Shown piece by piece: positions 35,148 through 36,495 of a DNA stretch of 36,495 bases. Origin of the DNA: Octopus bimaculoides (taxonomy: Eukaryota); assembly GCF_001194135.2 (NCBI RefSeq), contig NC_068989.1:31166644-31203138 (forward strand), written 5' to 3'. The notes under the pieces are model-generated. The model searched no databases, was not told the DNA's origin, and saw nothing but the letters and a program-made list of their open reading frames with translations. Within the stretch, counting starts at the first letter, position 1, and each line of letters begins with the position of its first letter. Made by a program: the position numbers and the translations under genes.

Positions 35148-36158
35148 TTAAGGTAATATTTCTTCTAACCCTTTGAGCACTAAGCAGCTCAGGTTGAAAT
35201 TTGTGTGTATAAACACACAGCTGAGTCCATTCTTTAAAACCCCATTAAATATTTAGAAAACATCCCCCTTTGGCATTTTAGCATTGGAATACGAGAATAT
35301 AGACATTTAAAAAATTTGCACCCCTCCAACTAAAAGTAAAAAAAAATAAAAACCTTACCTATAAGACCATGCACCTCCAGCTACAATTTTTCTACAAGAT
35401 TTACAACTCCAGATACCAACAGCTTTCCTTTTCACAGCATCCTAATAAAAAGAAATCCAAAATGAATAAAAATGATTGTACTGGCATGTAGAAGATGACT
35501 ATAGGACAATGTTGAGCAAACAATTTTTTCTTGGAGGGGGGGGGGGGATTCCCTCAAATCCTGAAAGCTTTCTTCAGTGAACTTAGTTTATGGCAAACAC
35601 AAGCTCCAGCATCCCTAATGCCTAAGGTAGGATCCAACTTCTGCAAACACTCTAGCACAGACTTGCATCATTTCTCATATTGATACAACTGTTATGAACA
35701 CCAAACCATTTGCTATCTGAACTGCCTGCAGTAACGAATATCCTCAATTACAACCACACTGGATTTCTAAACCTGCCATTTGTCAAGTCTGGCCACCAAC
35801 TCAATAACTAACCCCATGTCCTCGAACCATATTAACAAAGCAATCACCACAAATACAAGCTCTTCCAATTAGAATGGCGAGCAAATCTAAAAAGCCAATT
35901 GTACCAGCTGCTTAAATTTTGCCAAAAGCAATGTTTACACCTTTGATACCAAGCAAATTCTTTGTCATGTACAACACTCAAGCAAAATTGCTAGCCTATA
36001 GGTTCAACTCATCATTTGGTGTATTGCCTTGCCTGTACATTATTAATGTTAATAACTGACTACATGCATCTATAAAGCAAAATCTGTGCTCAATAACTCA
36101 AAGATGCCATCCATCATTTTAACACCATGTTCATATGGGTTGGATGAAGTTTATTTAA

Positions 36159-36495
36159 CCCTTTCGTTACCAAAGCCGCCCGAAAAAAATTTTGGTTCAT
36201 GTGACCAAGCCGCCCGTAATCACCTATTCATATTTAAATGAGAATATCCGAGCAAATCTTGTTAGTACATTCGTGAAAACAAGTGATTATTTGTGTAAAC
36301 AGTTCAGCTATAGTTTTGTACGACGACCAACGTGTTTTTTTTAATTTTGTGAATTTTAGGAGATTTTTTTTCCTAATTTGTTCCTGTTGTGTTTTCAAAA
36401 TTTGTAATCCTGACAAAAAAATGGATACGAATTTTATTCTGTCAAGCAGCGAGTCAGAATTCGAAGGATTTTCCGTTGAAGACCTTGATAAATCT
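36159..36495 (+). mobile_element. Second piggyBac copy, left end (runs off the window)
   Basis: TTAA at 36155-36158, then ccctttcgttacca; aligns with 33749-34050 with several indels; same MDTNFILSSSESEFEGF start. Confidence 0.9.

Overview
AT-rich, microsatellite-dense eukaryotic genomic DNA from a gapped draft assembly with six N-runs. The repeat families resemble those I associate with octopus genomes (inference, no database check). One host gene is supported on the + strand: the 3' part of a reticulophagy-regulator (RETREG/FAM134-like) gene. It has phase-compatible exons at 834-968, 2433/2475-2678 and 29097-29581, ending in an acidic DDFEFL LIR motif. Its ~26.4 kb last intron and flanks are filled with decayed mobile elements: several Penelope-like (PLE) RT/GIY-YIG fragments, R4/Dong-, HERO-, CR1- and RTE-type LINE pieces, two tRNA-derived SINE families, Tc1, mariner, two piggyBac copies and a non-autonomous Helitron. 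The most notable unannotated signal is a set of type I hammerhead ribozyme (HHR) motifs in non-coding repeats. These are a perfect minimal HHR (19205-19247, - strand) in an element whose pieces are circularly permuted (~340-350 nt monomer), a 310-nt tandem HHR pair (23931-24292), an HHR at the 3' end of a PLE (10806-10893) and several decayed ones. Together they suggest retrozyme-like, circular-RNA-derived elements. No CRISPR arrays, rRNA or bona fide tRNA genes were found. LINE/transposon boundaries are approximate, and all protein family calls come from motif recognition by eye.
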